NCBI GenBank assembly: GCA_002633005.1
Contig: NMRA01000484.1
Location: 62,001 to 126,000 of the forward strand
Source of the DNA: Phoronis australis
Lineage: Eukaryota > Animalia > Phoronida
DNA length: 64,000 nucleotides
Direction: 5' to 3'
The position numbers and the translations under genes are program-made. The notes beneath the pieces are model-generated. The model saw nothing but the letters and a program-made list of their open reading frames with translations, did not search any database and was not told the DNA's origin. Shown here piece by piece: positions 1-13,139 of the stretch; position 1 is the first letter of the stretch, and the number at the start of each line of letters is the position of its first letter.

Positions 1-502
1 TTTCTTGTTTCCTTCACTTTACAATGCTTAGGACATGCAGTAGTGTTGCACAAAGATGGATGGAATTATACAACTGTTGTTACATGTAAATCACGTTTAA
101 GATCTCAACCTCGGCGCCTTGCAGGGATGCTCTCTACGTTTGTCGCCAGTATAATCTGTGCCTAAGTTGCACCACCTGCTTCGGGCACCTTCTCCCCGTT
201 GATTAAGAATAATTACCGCGAGAACTTTAGGGGGCCACGGCCCCCTTATCCCTCCTCCACATGTAAATCTGCCACTACGTTTGAAACGTGATTGTCTGAT
301 GCTATTTGTGCCGGTTTGCACAACTGCGCAGTGTTTTTAATACCAGTCAAATCCATCCAAGGAGTGTAATGTATTCTATGTACACTCTTTGACCCAGGAA
401 AGCCGAAACCGGTGAGTCGGTAACCTGACTGAGACGAACCCGGTTTTGGATATTGTAAGAGGTGGGTCGAGGGGGTCGTGGGTAGAAGGGGTTGTGAGTC
501 GA

Positions 503-566
503 GGGAGGGAGAGAGAGAGAGAGCAACAGAGAGAGAGAGAGGGAGAGAGAGAGGGAGAGAGGGAGA
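503..566. repeat. (GA)n-rich microsatellite running into an assembly gap
   Basis: ggagagagagagaga...gggaga directly before the N-run at 567-1252; GA resumes at 1253. Confidence 0.9.
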
Positions 567-1252
567 NNNNNNNNNNNNNNNNNNNNNNNNNNNNNNNNNN
601 NNNNNNNNNNNNNNNNNNNNNNNNNNNNNNNNNNNNNNNNNNNNNNNNNNNNNNNNNNNNNNNNNNNNNNNNNNNNNNNNNNNNNNNNNNNNNNNNNNNN
701 NNNNNNNNNNNNNNNNNNNNNNNNNNNNNNNNNNNNNNNNNNNNNNNNNNNNNNNNNNNNNNNNNNNNNNNNNNNNNNNNNNNNNNNNNNNNNNNNNNNN
801 NNNNNNNNNNNNNNNNNNNNNNNNNNNNNNNNNNNNNNNNNNNNNNNNNNNNNNNNNNNNNNNNNNNNNNNNNNNNNNNNNNNNNNNNNNNNNNNNNNNN
901 NNNNNNNNNNNNNNNNNNNNNNNNNNNNNNNNNNNNNNNNNNNNNNNNNNNNNNNNNNNNNNNNNNNNNNNNNNNNNNNNNNNNNNNNNNNNNNNNNNNN
1001 NNNNNNNNNNNNNNNNNNNNNNNNNNNNNNNNNNNNNNNNNNNNNNNNNNNNNNNNNNNNNNNNNNNNNNNNNNNNNNNNNNNNNNNNNNNNNNNNNNNN
1101 NNNNNNNNNNNNNNNNNNNNNNNNNNNNNNNNNNNNNNNNNNNNNNNNNNNNNNNNNNNNNNNNNNNNNNNNNNNNNNNNNNNNNNNNNNNNNNNNNNNN
1201 NNNNNNNNNNNNNNNNNNNNNNNNNNNNNNNNNNNNNNNNNNNNNNNNNNNN
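567..1252. other. assembly gap (N run)
   Basis: Run of N. Confidence 1.
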
Positions 1253-1784
1253 GGGGAGAGGAAATTTTGAAATAACTTTAATTGCAGTAAGCCATCTAAG
1301 TCAAAATCTATTCTAACAAACTAGGCCATAGTCCCAGCTCTCCTATTTGAAAATAGCCTTAATAACATGTTAGTCACCTTGTGTCAGTGCCAGGAAAATA
1401 TTGTGTCCGTACCTTTCCTACTCCCAAGTCGGCTGCTTTTTGAAAGCATTCGAGGATAGCCAGCGTATGTTACATGTATCTTATTCGCTTGGCTAACTTG
1501 TTCACAGCTACTGTCTACATTCTTGGATGGGTGTGCAAGAAATTGGCAAGGGTCAATACTCCTGCATGTAAACCAGCAGGCAGCAGTTAGGAATCGAGGA
1601 TTTGGAAAGCCAAGTCAAGCGGCAAGAATAAAACTTGTCAAAGTGTCATCATAATGAGACAATTCTTGGCATGTTACTGAATCATTTTGTGCACCGCAAA
1701 CAACAGTTTTTAGCGAGCTAGGACAATGCTGAAAGCATGAACTATTGAATTAGTGTGAGACTTCACAACAGATCGACTGACAAG

Positions 1785-3525
1785 ATGTCTGTCCCTTCTT
1801 GCATTCATGTCTCAGATTTTGCTCAAAATTCTGAGCTCCTGGAATTTTCAGATATCACGTGTATGTGGTCTTAAGCTATTGCAAAAATGAATCTTCACTG
1901 AGTGCAAGAAAATTATCATTGCTGAGTTGTTAAGTTTTTGTGAAAAAACAGAGCTCTTCTATCACAAGCAGTGTTACAAACATTTTGCGCACGTAACAAA
2001 AAATGACAGAGCTCTTAAAAAAGAAAATGACCAAACTGATGAAGGAAACAATCTTGAACTTACTAGAAAATTAAGGAAATTATCACTGTTATTTCCATTT
2101 ATCAGTGCTCAAAGAATTGTATATGTGTTACCACCACAACGTATCACTTGCCACAAATCAAAGCCCATGACAGAGAATTTCACAAACAAAAGAAAAAATG
2201 AAAACCTGTTCCAGTTCCAAAAATTCACTTGTATATAGGCCTTCCTATTCTTAATTTGAAAAACTGTCATTAATGGTGAAAAATTATTAGTTTAAGCCAG
2301 CGAAAAGAGAACTATTTTACTTGCATTATTAGCCGGCCTAATCTCAAAATCTCCTGGCAGTAGTTTTTACCTACATGCTAGTGATCAGCACTGCTTTTTG
2401 TTGAACTTCCAAGCCCATTTTCAGACCGTTTTATGCAGAAACATGAGCAGTGTATGGAATTTGAGAACAATAACCATGGAAATATAGTCAGTGTTCTCTA
2501 ATTCATTATCTTGAAAATTTAAATGTTGCTCACATTTCAGAGTCACTCATTTTAAGATTCTTGAATTGAGAATTTTTAGCGTAGGAAAAATTTTACTCTT
2601 CCAAATACATGTATGTGCTATTTAAAACGGAAACGTCACAAGAAATTTTAACTCCACGGTAAATAATACGCTTTCCAATTTCTCACAGAAACTATTGCCA
2701 AAATGACCATTCCTCTATTTTCAAAGGCTGAATAACATTATTAACAACGATTATTTTTTCTATGTTTTGAATTGTTTGAAGGCAACTGTACAGTGTAATA
2801 AATGATAGTAATGATGCTCATTTCTCTTAATACTTACTTTTGCTGACCACTGACGAAATAAAATTTCACTTGTTGGCGACACTGTGTGCTAAAGTGAAGA
2901 GCATTTTGCTTACTTGTTTCAGTAAAAGGTATTGCTGTTTAGACAAAAGAGTATTGAGGTTGACAAAAACATTTTTATTCAGGGTAGGGTGCAGACTTGC
3001 AGAGATATTTTTAGAACTTTTTCATTAACGTTGGGCTCAACATTTGTGTTTCCTGGTCAACTCATGGAAGCTTTTGTGCCTTTGTATGCAAGCTGTACGT
3101 CATTTCCTCATCAACAGTTAACAAAGCACGCTACCACATATTCAAGTTGAAATCTGTGATAGAATCATCTCTGCCTCCTAACAATGAGTGTTTGCTGTTA
3201 CATGCCGAAAGAGCAAACTACCTGGGTACCATTCACAAATGAGCCTTGCAACAGCATGTCAGTGCACCATTCCCAATTGGTGACGGGTGGCTTTTGGCGA
3301 AGGACAGTCTGACTGCCCTTAGCCCCAGAAAATGTCATGAAAAATGTTAATTGCAAGTGTAAATAGAGTGGTTGTGATACAAAAATGTGCTATTGTGTGA
3401 AGTGGGGCATGCCATGCTCTAGGTTGTGTGACTGTCGAGATTGTGTGAACACGGTATCTCAAGAAACAACTTTTTATGACAATAGCGATTATATAAATTA
3501 TGAGGGAGTGGATGAAGAAAGATAA
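1785..3525 (+). pseudogene. Decayed, internally deleted Academ (AcademX-like) transposase/XPG/Cys8 ORF
   Basis: Hand translation gives N-terminal MSVPSCIH... (1785) and ...ELFYHKQCYKHF (ORF 1927-2238). C-terminus (~3060-3525) reads LMEAFV.LY / NKARYHIF...SLPPNNECLLLHAERANY...GW...APENVMKNVNCKCK*SGCDTKMCYCVKWGMPCSRLCDCRDCVNT, the LPP-H-RA-Y + GW + Cys8 finger tail typical of Academ proteins. Stops and frameshifts present. Possible termini TAGTCCCAG at 1329 and TGACCCCTTA near 4057 do not match each other, so ends are unresolved. Confidence 0.7.
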
Positions 3526-3624
3526 CAAGTTTGTGCTATGTTCTTGAAGTACTTTCAATAATGGATAATATTGACAACATTTCATCGTGCTCGTGGCTGT
3601 CACGACTGCACGGTGTACCGTTAT

Positions 3625-4040
3625 AAAGAATGCCACCCGATTTAATTTGTCGTTTTTACCGTCTTAATCGGTCTATATCCACATCGCCTCTTATACGTTC
3701 GACCTCACTTTGCCGAGAGGTGTCGCGTTAACCTGTGAGGAAGGTGAGAAGCGACGCAGCGACGTCAGTGGTTCGTCTGTAGCGTGAATGGCGCCATATT
3801 GCGATGCATTGGTTCCCGCTTGTCCGAAGTATGAAGCTGCGAAGAAAGCGGGTATATCGTTTTTTCGACTTCCTCGAGAGCCCGAAATGCTTAGGAAGTG
3901 ACTCGCGGTAGTGAAGAATGAAACGTATTCTGTTAATAGCAAGTACATGTATGAGGACGTGAAACATCTCCGTGTCTGTCTTACGATTTCACAAAAAACA
4001 GGAAAATAGGGGTAATCGGTTCCAACAATTGGCATTCTTT
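3625..4040. mobile_element. MITE-like non-autonomous DNA element
   Basis: Left AAAGAATGCCACCCGATT; right AATCGG(ttccaacaat)TGGCATTCTTT, an inverted repeat with a small insertion. About 340 bp are homologous to 60585-60925. Confidence 0.65.
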
Positions 4041-6468
4041 CCGTGAGTGACCCCTTAAGAATACATCTATGTCAGTAAAAGCACGAATAGGGAGGCCACT
4101 TGAATTTCGGCCCCCTTCAAAGCTGGGCTCCTAAACGTTCTACATTTTCAAAAATCAGAAAATGCGCAGCAATTGAAGTTATCTGTGAGGTCATCAATTT
4201 ATCTCAAGTGATATTCAATTTCAAAAAAGCAAAAATAGAGCTACAGCTGTCTCTGTTATCCCTTGCCAGAGGGGCCTCTGGAAAAACAAAGTTTTGCATT
4301 CGCAAAATTGCCTTTTTAAATTTAAAATCCAATGAATTAATGTGCTCGGTAAATCTTCGCTTCAAAACTTTTCAAAATACATTTAAGTATGAATGATTAA
4401 GTGCAGGTTTTCAAGTGCGTTTCGACGACCTATGCCGCAAAAACGGAGACGCTAACCACAATGTCCTGGAGCGGTAAATGATTCACTGATACTGAGTTGT
4501 CATCCGTATTGGCACTAGTATCTCTTTTCTCCACTGTCCCCAAACCCACGCCTATGTTTGACCCTGACGCCTGCATTTTTGGGGGTGGGAACGTGCCACC
4601 CGACTCCACGATCGAGCTAAATGCTCCCGAAAGCGGCGGTGCGGGTTTTCCTGATGTTAGCAAGAGGATGGGTACTTTACCCTATCCCCAAAGTCACCAA
4701 TCACGTGGTTTATATGTTGTGCCACTGTTGCTTTTGGTTACCCTAGCTAGGGACGGTGCCATTCTTTTCAGCAAGAGGAATTTGAGTTATTTTCAATTCT
4801 ATTCTTGTTTGAAAAATTATTGTATTCTAATTTTTTCTCTCGCTCATGGCAGTTTTATCAACATAATTGCCAAATATGAGAAGATTCCAACCTAAGGGCG
4901 TTCCTGAGCTGTTCGGAGTTCGGATCTCAACTACTATTCAAACTAGTGACAAATAATAAGTTTGTAAGACACCTAACGACCAAAATGGAGCTCAGACTCT
5001 ATTCGAAATGGGTTCTGGCATATAGATATTGCATCGCAATTAGATTGCAATTGGAGTAATCGTCGCACCTCGAGAAAGGTCTTACGGCTGCCATGCTCAG
5101 TGCTGCATGTCGGGAAGTGAACGACACTAACGTTCTATCTATATATTCGGCACCAGGTGGCACTCTCAAAACAGAGGTGATAATGGCGCTCAAGTTGGAT
5201 TCCGTTTCATTTATATACAGTGATGGGTAGTTTTTGCTCAGTAGGTGAACTGGTAAGGTGCAATTTTCATAATATTTTAATCACTCGAAAACTCTATGAT
5301 AAAAAGTGCTATGCTATTTTATTTTAAACGAGTATGTTGTTTTTCTTTGCAGTATTAATACCATATTCATAATCGTCCATTGCTTTACTGCACACTGTCA
5401 CTGGCCTCTAAGCTCAGGCCTCACTCACTCACTCATAGTCACACATTCTAGTCAGAGTGATAGACAGTGGCCACCGTCTATATTTGAACTACAGATGGTG
5501 TAGCTCCTATAGGAGCTTCATATGCTGGAAGCTTTTCGGCAAAGTATGCCTCACGCTGTCTAAAACATCAAAGTCATGTTGTTATAAATACTTTTTCCAA
5601 TAGAGGGACAACTTAGGCTTAGGACGCTGTCGATGTCTTTAATTCCTTCCAACTTCAACAGATACTCCCATTATCAAGGTTTTTCTTTGAGTAGCACTCC
5701 GTTCAGTTCCCAAAATTGGTAACTGGCCGTCTCTGGGCACGCTTTCTATTAAGAAAAACACGAATATGTGTTGCCGTTTTTGCATAGATTTGACATTTTT
5801 GCACCATTCAGAGGCCATTTTTACATGCAAATAAACTCCCGTGCAAGCATACAGTTTGCGGTGCGTTCGTGGGTTCAGTTTAACTCTCCGCGTTGCTCTT
5901 GTTATGAATTTTGGTAAATAGCTTTTTATTAAAGACACGATGACATTTTCCTGTTTTAGGGTGAATTCGATATATGCTCCTCCATCTGGTGTTCATTTTC
6001 ATTGTTTTCAAGTCTCGTTTTGCGTCTGCCCTTCTGTCCTCTGATAATGATTTTGAAAATTTGCGTTGATGTTTCAATTTTGAAGAGGCCGGCTGATGAG
6101 GAATTCGAACGACTTGGGCTACCGTGGCGCCTCTTAGTGGTGGCATGTCCCAACCCATCTGCAGGAAACTTATTTATTTAAAAACATATCTAGACGCACA
6201 CCGTTTGCGGTGGAGTCGTGGGTGCATTTTGACTTTTCGGGTTGCTCTTGTACAAGAAGTTTTGCCCAGTAGATTTAGCGTAATTAAAGTGGAAACTTAT
6301 GAAACAAAAAAACCCAATGGCAACCGAAATAAGAACTAAGTCATGTTTTACCCGACTGGGTGTAAGTTGACTAGAATCTTAGATTTTTGAAGGGTGTTGC
6401 GTTTTAAAAGATGTGCTCGTGTGGAGCATTGCAGCAAGATACTTGCTCTGTTTTATTTTTGATGCCCG

Positions 6469-6795
6469 TATGGCATTGAAATGGAATCGTGACAGGACTG
6501 TGAAAATAAAATTAACAACATATTGACTGATTACCTAGAAATCACGAAGCCAATCGAGATTGAACGAAACCATCGCCTTGGATTTAAAGGAAATCCTTAG
6601 TCAACGTGAAACCTACAGTCGATCGTCGTCAAGTTGCAGATATTTAAATACCAACACCATCTATGGTTTTCGTGAGGGTTTCGTTGAATCTGTTCTAGAA
6701 AAAATACAACATCTCAAACCACTCTTGCTGAAGTCTGGATGAAAGGGAAAACTTGCTTTCTGGTGCTACCATAAGCTACGGGTAGAAAAAAGTTA
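6469..6795 (+). pseudogene. Decayed non-LTR retrotransposon ORF1 fragment (RRM + CTD, CR1/L2/L1TD1-type)
   Basis: YGIEMES*QDCENKINNILTDYLEITKPIEIERNHRLG...SIVVKL...ESVLEKIQHLKPLL...KGKLAF..YHKLRVE matches GIxE..IERAHRLG..PIVVKF..GKxAxxxYDKL. Confidence 0.65.
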
Positions 6796-7016
6796 TACAT
6801 GTACATATGAACATACAAAAGACGACATCGTTCTTACGTCGTTTGATAACGAATGTGTTTTCGGGCGAGGGCTTAAAATATGTGTTTTTTATGTATTTAG
6901 TATCGTTTACAAACAATTACAACAACAAACAAACAAAACCAATAAGTACACCATTCATTCACGCATGCACACCTCAGGAAGACCATTCTCATTATCTCGT
7001 TTAAGGTAAATATGTT

Positions 7017-8108
7017 CTACACAAAGTTAACATGAACAATAAATTTTTCCCATTTTGCAGAGAAGCTGTCATGTACAAAGTTTTTATGTGCATTTAATTT
7101 TTCAGCATTATAGTATTCATAAGTTTTTGTAAGGAACTTGAGAAAATTAGGTATATTTTTGTGACATCTCTCTTTGTAAATGTACTGTTTAGCTAGTAGA
7201 AGCAAAATGTTAAATAGAAAATCATGCGTCTTATAAAGTCCAAGAATAACAATATCATATGACAGACAGTTGGGAAGCTGAATGCCACACTTTTGAAGTA
7301 GCTTTCCGAATTCCTTCCAGAAATCTTGTACAAAGCTACATTCCCAAAAAAGGAGTGACAGCGTCTCTGGAGCTTTATTACAAAAGGAACATAGATCCGA
7401 ATCCCTAACACATATTTTGACTAAAAAGGTATTTGTTGCAATAATTCTATGTAGTATTCTAAGTTGGAACCATCTAATATGGGGATCCTTTGTAATTTTG
7501 TAAGGTAAAGCATATATTTTCTTCTAATCTAAACTATCTCCTAGCTCTATTTCCCATTTACACTCTGACTTAGGTTTCTTAACGTTTTTAAAGACTGAAC
7601 AAATATGTCTACAACCCTTCAAATCTTTCCGTAAGTGAGTAATTGCTAAAGACATGCAAGGAGAGTAGACATTAACACTTTTAATTTTATTTTGAAATAG
7701 ACTTTTTTGAAACCTTCTTAGAACAGAAACAACATCATTATATTCTACAAAGTTGGTTTTCACGTCGAACCTATTTTTCATATTGTTTAGACTAACAAAA
7801 TCACCATCAGAGGTATACATATCTCTAATAAATCTTAAGCCTTTTACAAACCAAGGCTTATAAAAAACACCTGTGCCTCCGATCGCCAAGTTACTATTAA
7901 ACCACAAAGGTTGGTTCAAAAAGTCCTCTTTACTTGCAACAATTATTTTCTTGTAGAAAGATAACATACTTTCAAATACGTCGCGCCAGTAGGAATTACC
8001 AATTAGAGTTAACTTCGACTTAATAAAGTCATCTCCAAATGAAGCAAAATTCTTTAAGAACGGGTAGAGTGCGTACAGTAATTCACCACTTTTAGACGCA
8101 GGGCTTTC
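7017..8108 (-). pseudogene. L1/Tx1 ORF2 C-terminal part (zf-RVT region)
   Basis: NQPLWFNSNL..GLRFIRD, WFQLRILHRIIATN, CSFC..PETL..LFWECSFVQDFW, LLLLAKQYIYK..FSAKWEKF; stops and frameshifts. Confidence 0.85.
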
Positions 8109-8680
8109 NNNNNNNNNNNNNNNNNNNNNNNNNNNNNNNNNNNNNNNNNNNNNNNNNNNNNNNNNNNNNNNNNNNNNNNNNNNNNNNNNNNNNNNNNNNN
8201 NNNNNNNNNNNNNNNNNNNNNNNNNNNNNNNNNNNNNNNNNNNNNNNNNNNNNNNNNNNNNNNNNNNNNNNNNNNNNNNNNNNNNNNNNNNNNNNNNNNN
8301 NNNNNNNNNNNNNNNNNNNNNNNNNNNNNNNNNNNNNNNNNNNNNNNNNNNNNNNNNNNNNNNNNNNNNNNNNNNNNNNNNNNNNNNNNNNNNNNNNNNN
8401 NNNNNNNNNNNNNNNNNNNNNNNNNNNNNNNNNNNNNNNNNNNNNNNNNNNNNNNNNNNNNNNNNNNNNNNNNNNNNNNNNNNNNNNNNNNNNNNNNNNN
8501 NNNNNNNNNNNNNNNNNNNNNNNNNNNNNNNNNNNNNNNNNNNNNNNNNNNNNNNNNNNNNNNNNNNNNNNNNNNNNNNNNNNNNNNNNNNNNNNNNNNN
8601 NNNNNNNNNNNNNNNNNNNNNNNNNNNNNNNNNNNNNNNNNNNNNNNNNNNNNNNNNNNNNNNNNNNNNNNNNNNNNNNN
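8109..8680. other. assembly gap (N run)
   Basis: Run of N; probably hides part of LINE ORF2 and the left end of the inserted element. Confidence 1.
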
Positions 8681-10659
8681 CAAGCCAATTTTTCATTTTG
8701 TGGTGGTTAGTTTTGATAAGAACATTGATGTGGTAAATACAGCTACCTCAAGTTTGTGAAAAAGAGATTTCCAGTGTTGTCAGCGATATTGCGAAATCAC
8801 TTTTTCGCAGTGAGACTACATCACCTTAAATGGAATTCCCTGACTTTATGGGCTTTGTGTGGTTGACTCTGTCCTGTAGCAATTAGAGTGTTGAAAATAT
8901 CTAGAAGGCAATTTTTATTAGAGTCATAACATTTGCACTTTTGACTGTACAGTTATCTTTGCATTGTGTTACGAAAACATATTTTGTAGTACACAAGTTT
9001 CTGGTTGGTATTTTATATTTTTTCACAAGGAATATTTTCAACTTAGATGAGTTGTCTGTGAGGTACGCAATTTTCAAATAAGATAATGAATAAAATTGTC
9101 AAACATTGTTTTATTTTTTAGAAGTACGTGTGATCTTCCAATAAGTGATTACTTTTTAAAAACCTGTGCAGAATTTGATTTTTACTCTTTATTTAAAGGA
9201 GAATAAATCCATAAACCAGCATTGTCTAGAAATTTTACTCAAACTACATATTACAGGGTTGGGGATTGGAATCTGAATACAACAGAGTCTGAATCCGTAC
9301 CATGAGCAATACAACACAATACACGGATATAAAAATTTGGTGTTTAGGTTCCACGGAAAGGATTCGTGTGCGCGGTAATAGTTACTAAGGTGCGTGGTCA
9401 TTGTTTGTGGATACTTTGGGATTCCTCTTCAGTGGTCATTCACGGGAAACTTGGTAGCATAGAGAACAATAGATTAGCATCTTCATTGTTCCCGTTGTTA
9501 TAATAAAGATAAAATGACGAGCACGTATCGGCAACGGTCTGATGTACGCAAGATTCTATATCCATGCGACCTGTGTTGTTATATCCAACAATGACACAAC
9601 AAAGGAAAACAATGATAGGACCGATGGGCGAAAAACAGGCGACGAGTTGCCACGGACAGTGGTGGAGTTTGTATTGTCATTCGAATGTTTTAGCGAACTG
9701 CAAACCCGGTACTTCGTCAGGAAATTTTCTGCGGTCTTTTGTTTTAAGTCGTGGGAAAAAATGCGGTCATGCCACCAAACTTATCATTGATTTGACATTA
9801 TAATGCATTGCATGAACATTTGATCAGCAGAAAATCTGACTTGAATATGTGTGAAGAAATACCCATGAGGAAATTGCAAAGTAAAACAACGGTAAATCAA
9901 AATAACCTACATTTGTCGAGTTCATGTCTAACCCTGTTCACTGTGGAGGACACAATCGGCTTTTTACAAAAGTTATGCATGGTATTTAGGGGTAATATAG
10001 CCTTAAGTGATAAGTAGTAAAACGTTCAAAACACTGAGGAGGAACTAACTTGTTGCAAAATATCGAAAAACATGAAGGACAATCGGATTTTACGGTGCTC
10101 ACGCATCGATCTCAGATATATGAAAATTTCGCATTTTAGTACATTTGAGGTGCCAAAATGTACAACTAATAAACTGGCTGACAAAGTTTTTATTTTATGC
10201 AATGAAAGTAACATGTTTTGTCAACATTTTGGCTCAGTTTCATTCTCATAACAGTGGGGGCAGATTTGGTACAGCAGTGTACTGAACACAACCTCAAAAT
10301 GGCATAACGGGGGGCAGTGTAGTAAAACTACTAAATTAGGGTGGTAAATCGGAATCGTGTTTCAAGACATATGTGTAACAATCTATAGGATCCAATAAAC
10401 AATGCCAAGTGAATAATAAATCAATAGCATTCATTCAAGGAAAAATATGAACAGTTAAAACTGGACAGTTTTTATGCCGTGAAAACATGGCTGCGAAGCC
10501 GTAAAATGTGTTTGAACCTATAACTTTAGAAAAACGCAATATTTTCAAGAAATGTTTTACCGCTGTTTATAGATCCCATAGGACTACATACGTGCCAAAT
10601 TTGGTGAAAATCGGCTGACCCCCACCTTGCCGCTCATGGTTGGTGCTCTCGTGGACTAG
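8681..10659. mobile_element. DNA transposon inserted into the LINE RT; Academ-like terminus
   Basis: LINE RT frame stops abruptly at VTVIKY* (10656) and resumes only beyond the gap. The insert ends ...CCAAATTTGGTGAAAATCGG...CTCGTGGACTAG (TAGTCC on the reverse strand). Confidence 0.6.
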
Positions 10660-13139
10660 TACTTAATTACCGTTACTCTACCAAACGGCGTTAAATTTCG
10701 TCGACTCCAATTTTTTAGTAAACACTTGATCTCAGTTATTCTTGCAGTGAAGTTCTTATGCGTCATATTATCCAATTGAGTGTCAAAATCCACCCCCAAA
10801 AATCTAAAAGATTTTTTTGTCCAAGACAAAATTTCTTTTGTAGGAATCAAGTCATCAATACCAGTTTTACTTCCAAACCATATGGCTTTTGTTTTATCCA
10901 CCTTCACTTGGAGACCGGAGACACTAGCAAACAAATGTAGTACATCCAGTGTGGTAGTCAATGACAAATTCGACCCATCCAACGTAATTGATGTGTCGTC
11001 CGCATATTGCGAAATCAAATATTCCTTATTCCCAGCAACTACACCGGCAATATTTTTATTATTCTTGATTAAATACGCCAAAATCTCCGCGCACAATATA
11101 AAAATGTAGGGAGACAATGGGTCACCTTGTCTGCAGCCTCGCGAAATATTGAACCAAGAAGATGGGTGACCATTTACGACAACACAGGACTTAATATTAC
11201 TGTAAAAGACTTTCACCCACCTTCTGATCGACCAACCAAAATTAAGGAACGATAAAGTTTTTTGAACAAAATTCCACGACAATGAATCAAATGCTTTCTC
11301 AAAATCAATCAGTAAAAGCAATCCAGGTTTGTTAGCTGCTTGGGCATAAAACATTAAATCATATAGCACTCGGATATTTTCGTTCATATTTCTTCCAGAA
11401 ACGAAACCTGTCTGGTCCTTACTGATTACTTTTCCCAAAACGGATTTTAACCGTTCAGCAACTGCCGAAGAAGCCAATTTATATGTCACATTGAGCAAGG
11501 ATATGGGTCTCCAGTTTTTCAAATAGTGTTTACTTTTATCTGCTCCCTTAGGGATGCAGGTGATCACTCCCTCTTTCTGTGTTGAGGATAACTGGCCAAC
11601 AGCAAAACCTGTATTAAGTGAGCGAACAACGAAATGTCCAATGTCAGCCCAAAAAAATTTCAAAAATTCCACTGAAAAACCATCAGAGCCTGGGCTTTTG
11701 TTGTTTTACATTTTTTCAAGCATTATGTGACTTCTTCATATGTAAGAAGACCTTCTAATTTTTCTTTTTCTGTCTCATTCAGCTTGGAGACACAAACATT
11801 ATCAAGAAGAGTTTTTAAAGAAGTATTGTTAGTCTGTCTATGATTGTATAGATTTTCATAAAAAGTTTGGTTTCCTGAATAACCTCTTCTTCACTATTGG
11901 TTTTAATATTGTCAGATTTCCACAAAAAGGCATAAACTTACTTGTGTAATGCCTATTTTCCAAGTGAAGAAAATATTTGGAAGGCTTTTCACCTTCTTCA
12001 ATCCATCTTGCTCTCGACCTAGTCATAAGACCTCTTAACTTATTTTGCCTTAGCTCGGCAAGTAAATTATTTTTTTGTTCCAGTAGTTCCCTGTCAAGGC
12101 TTAGACTTCTTTCCAACAAGCTTATTTCTTTGATAAGTTGCTGTTCAACTCAATCACTTTTTCTTTTTAAGTAAGTAGCAAAGGAAATTGTTTTGCCGCG
12201 AATCTCCATCAACAACGATTCAAGAAAAAATTGATCATTTATAGACAATTGTACATCTGAATTACTTGTACTGTCAACAGTCTGAATGTCGTCAGTCATA
12301 TACTGTTGTTTAACTAATTTAATAGTATTCTTGACTGCAGCAATATACTCAGAGTTCTTTAGGAGAAAATTATTAAACTTCCAAAATGATTTTCTTCTCC
12401 TGGAAACATCACTTTTAAAAAAACCGTTACCATTGAATGATCGGAATGGCAACCGAATTCTATTATGGAGTCGTCAATATCAGCTAAAAGGTTTTCAGAA
12501 ATTAGAAAAAAGTCTAGTCTGGATCGTTTACTTCCAGCTCTCCAGGTATATTCTTTACTACTGGGTTTAGTTCCCGCCACACATCAACAATAGACAATTC
12601 TGTACAAATCTCCATCAACTTAGTCCGTGACTTTGGGTTATTAACCTGTCGATAATTAAGCGCGTCCTTAGACTGATCGAGAGCAAGATTAAAATCGCCT
12701 GCCCAAATAACAGAGTAATTTCCTATATCTTGAATATCTTGTTTTATTCTTTCAAAAAAGACGGCGAGTCCTTATTTGGACAATACGTATTAATTAACGT
12801 AATTCTTGTCTTATTAATAGTAATATCCAAAATTAATTTATTACCATTGTAGTCTTGCCTAATGTTATGTAATTTATGCTCAAAAGTGTTCTTAAAGAGG
12901 ATCGCCACTCTACGGGAGTTTGAGGAATTTGAATTGGAAAAACATTCATATCCCCACATTGATCTAATATTGTTTTCTTCTCTCTTAGTAAAGTGTGTGT
13001 CCTGTAGGCAATATATGGAGTATTGTTTTTCTCCTAAATAATTGAGTACATCTTTTCGTTTTTCATGGAGACCCAGTCCTCTGCAGTTCAATGACGTTAC
13101 TTTAAGTTCACCTGTCATCATTACAACGGTTATGCACAT
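10656..13139 (-). pseudogene. L1/Tx1 ORF2: APE endonuclease + reverse transcriptase (frameshifted)
   Basis: SLNCRGL..CLQDTH (APE), SRLDFFLIS..SDHS, WKFNN, RSRARWIEEGEKPSKYF, NWRPISLLN, LLLIDFEKAFDS, GCRQGDPLSP, QYADDT, FRFLGV across ORFs 12744-13139, 12359-12580, 12150-12452, 11856-12119 and 10656-11672. Confidence 0.95.

Noticed and set aside
446-1275. Long ORFs of 265-274 aa
   Set aside because: Made of GA microsatellite plus N gap.
4430-4895. GC-richer ORFs on both strands
   Set aside because: No recognisable motifs or consistent splice signals.
7524-8696. 390-aa ORF and overlapping X-rich ORFs
   Set aside because: They span the N gap; only 7524-8108 is real (LINE ORF2).
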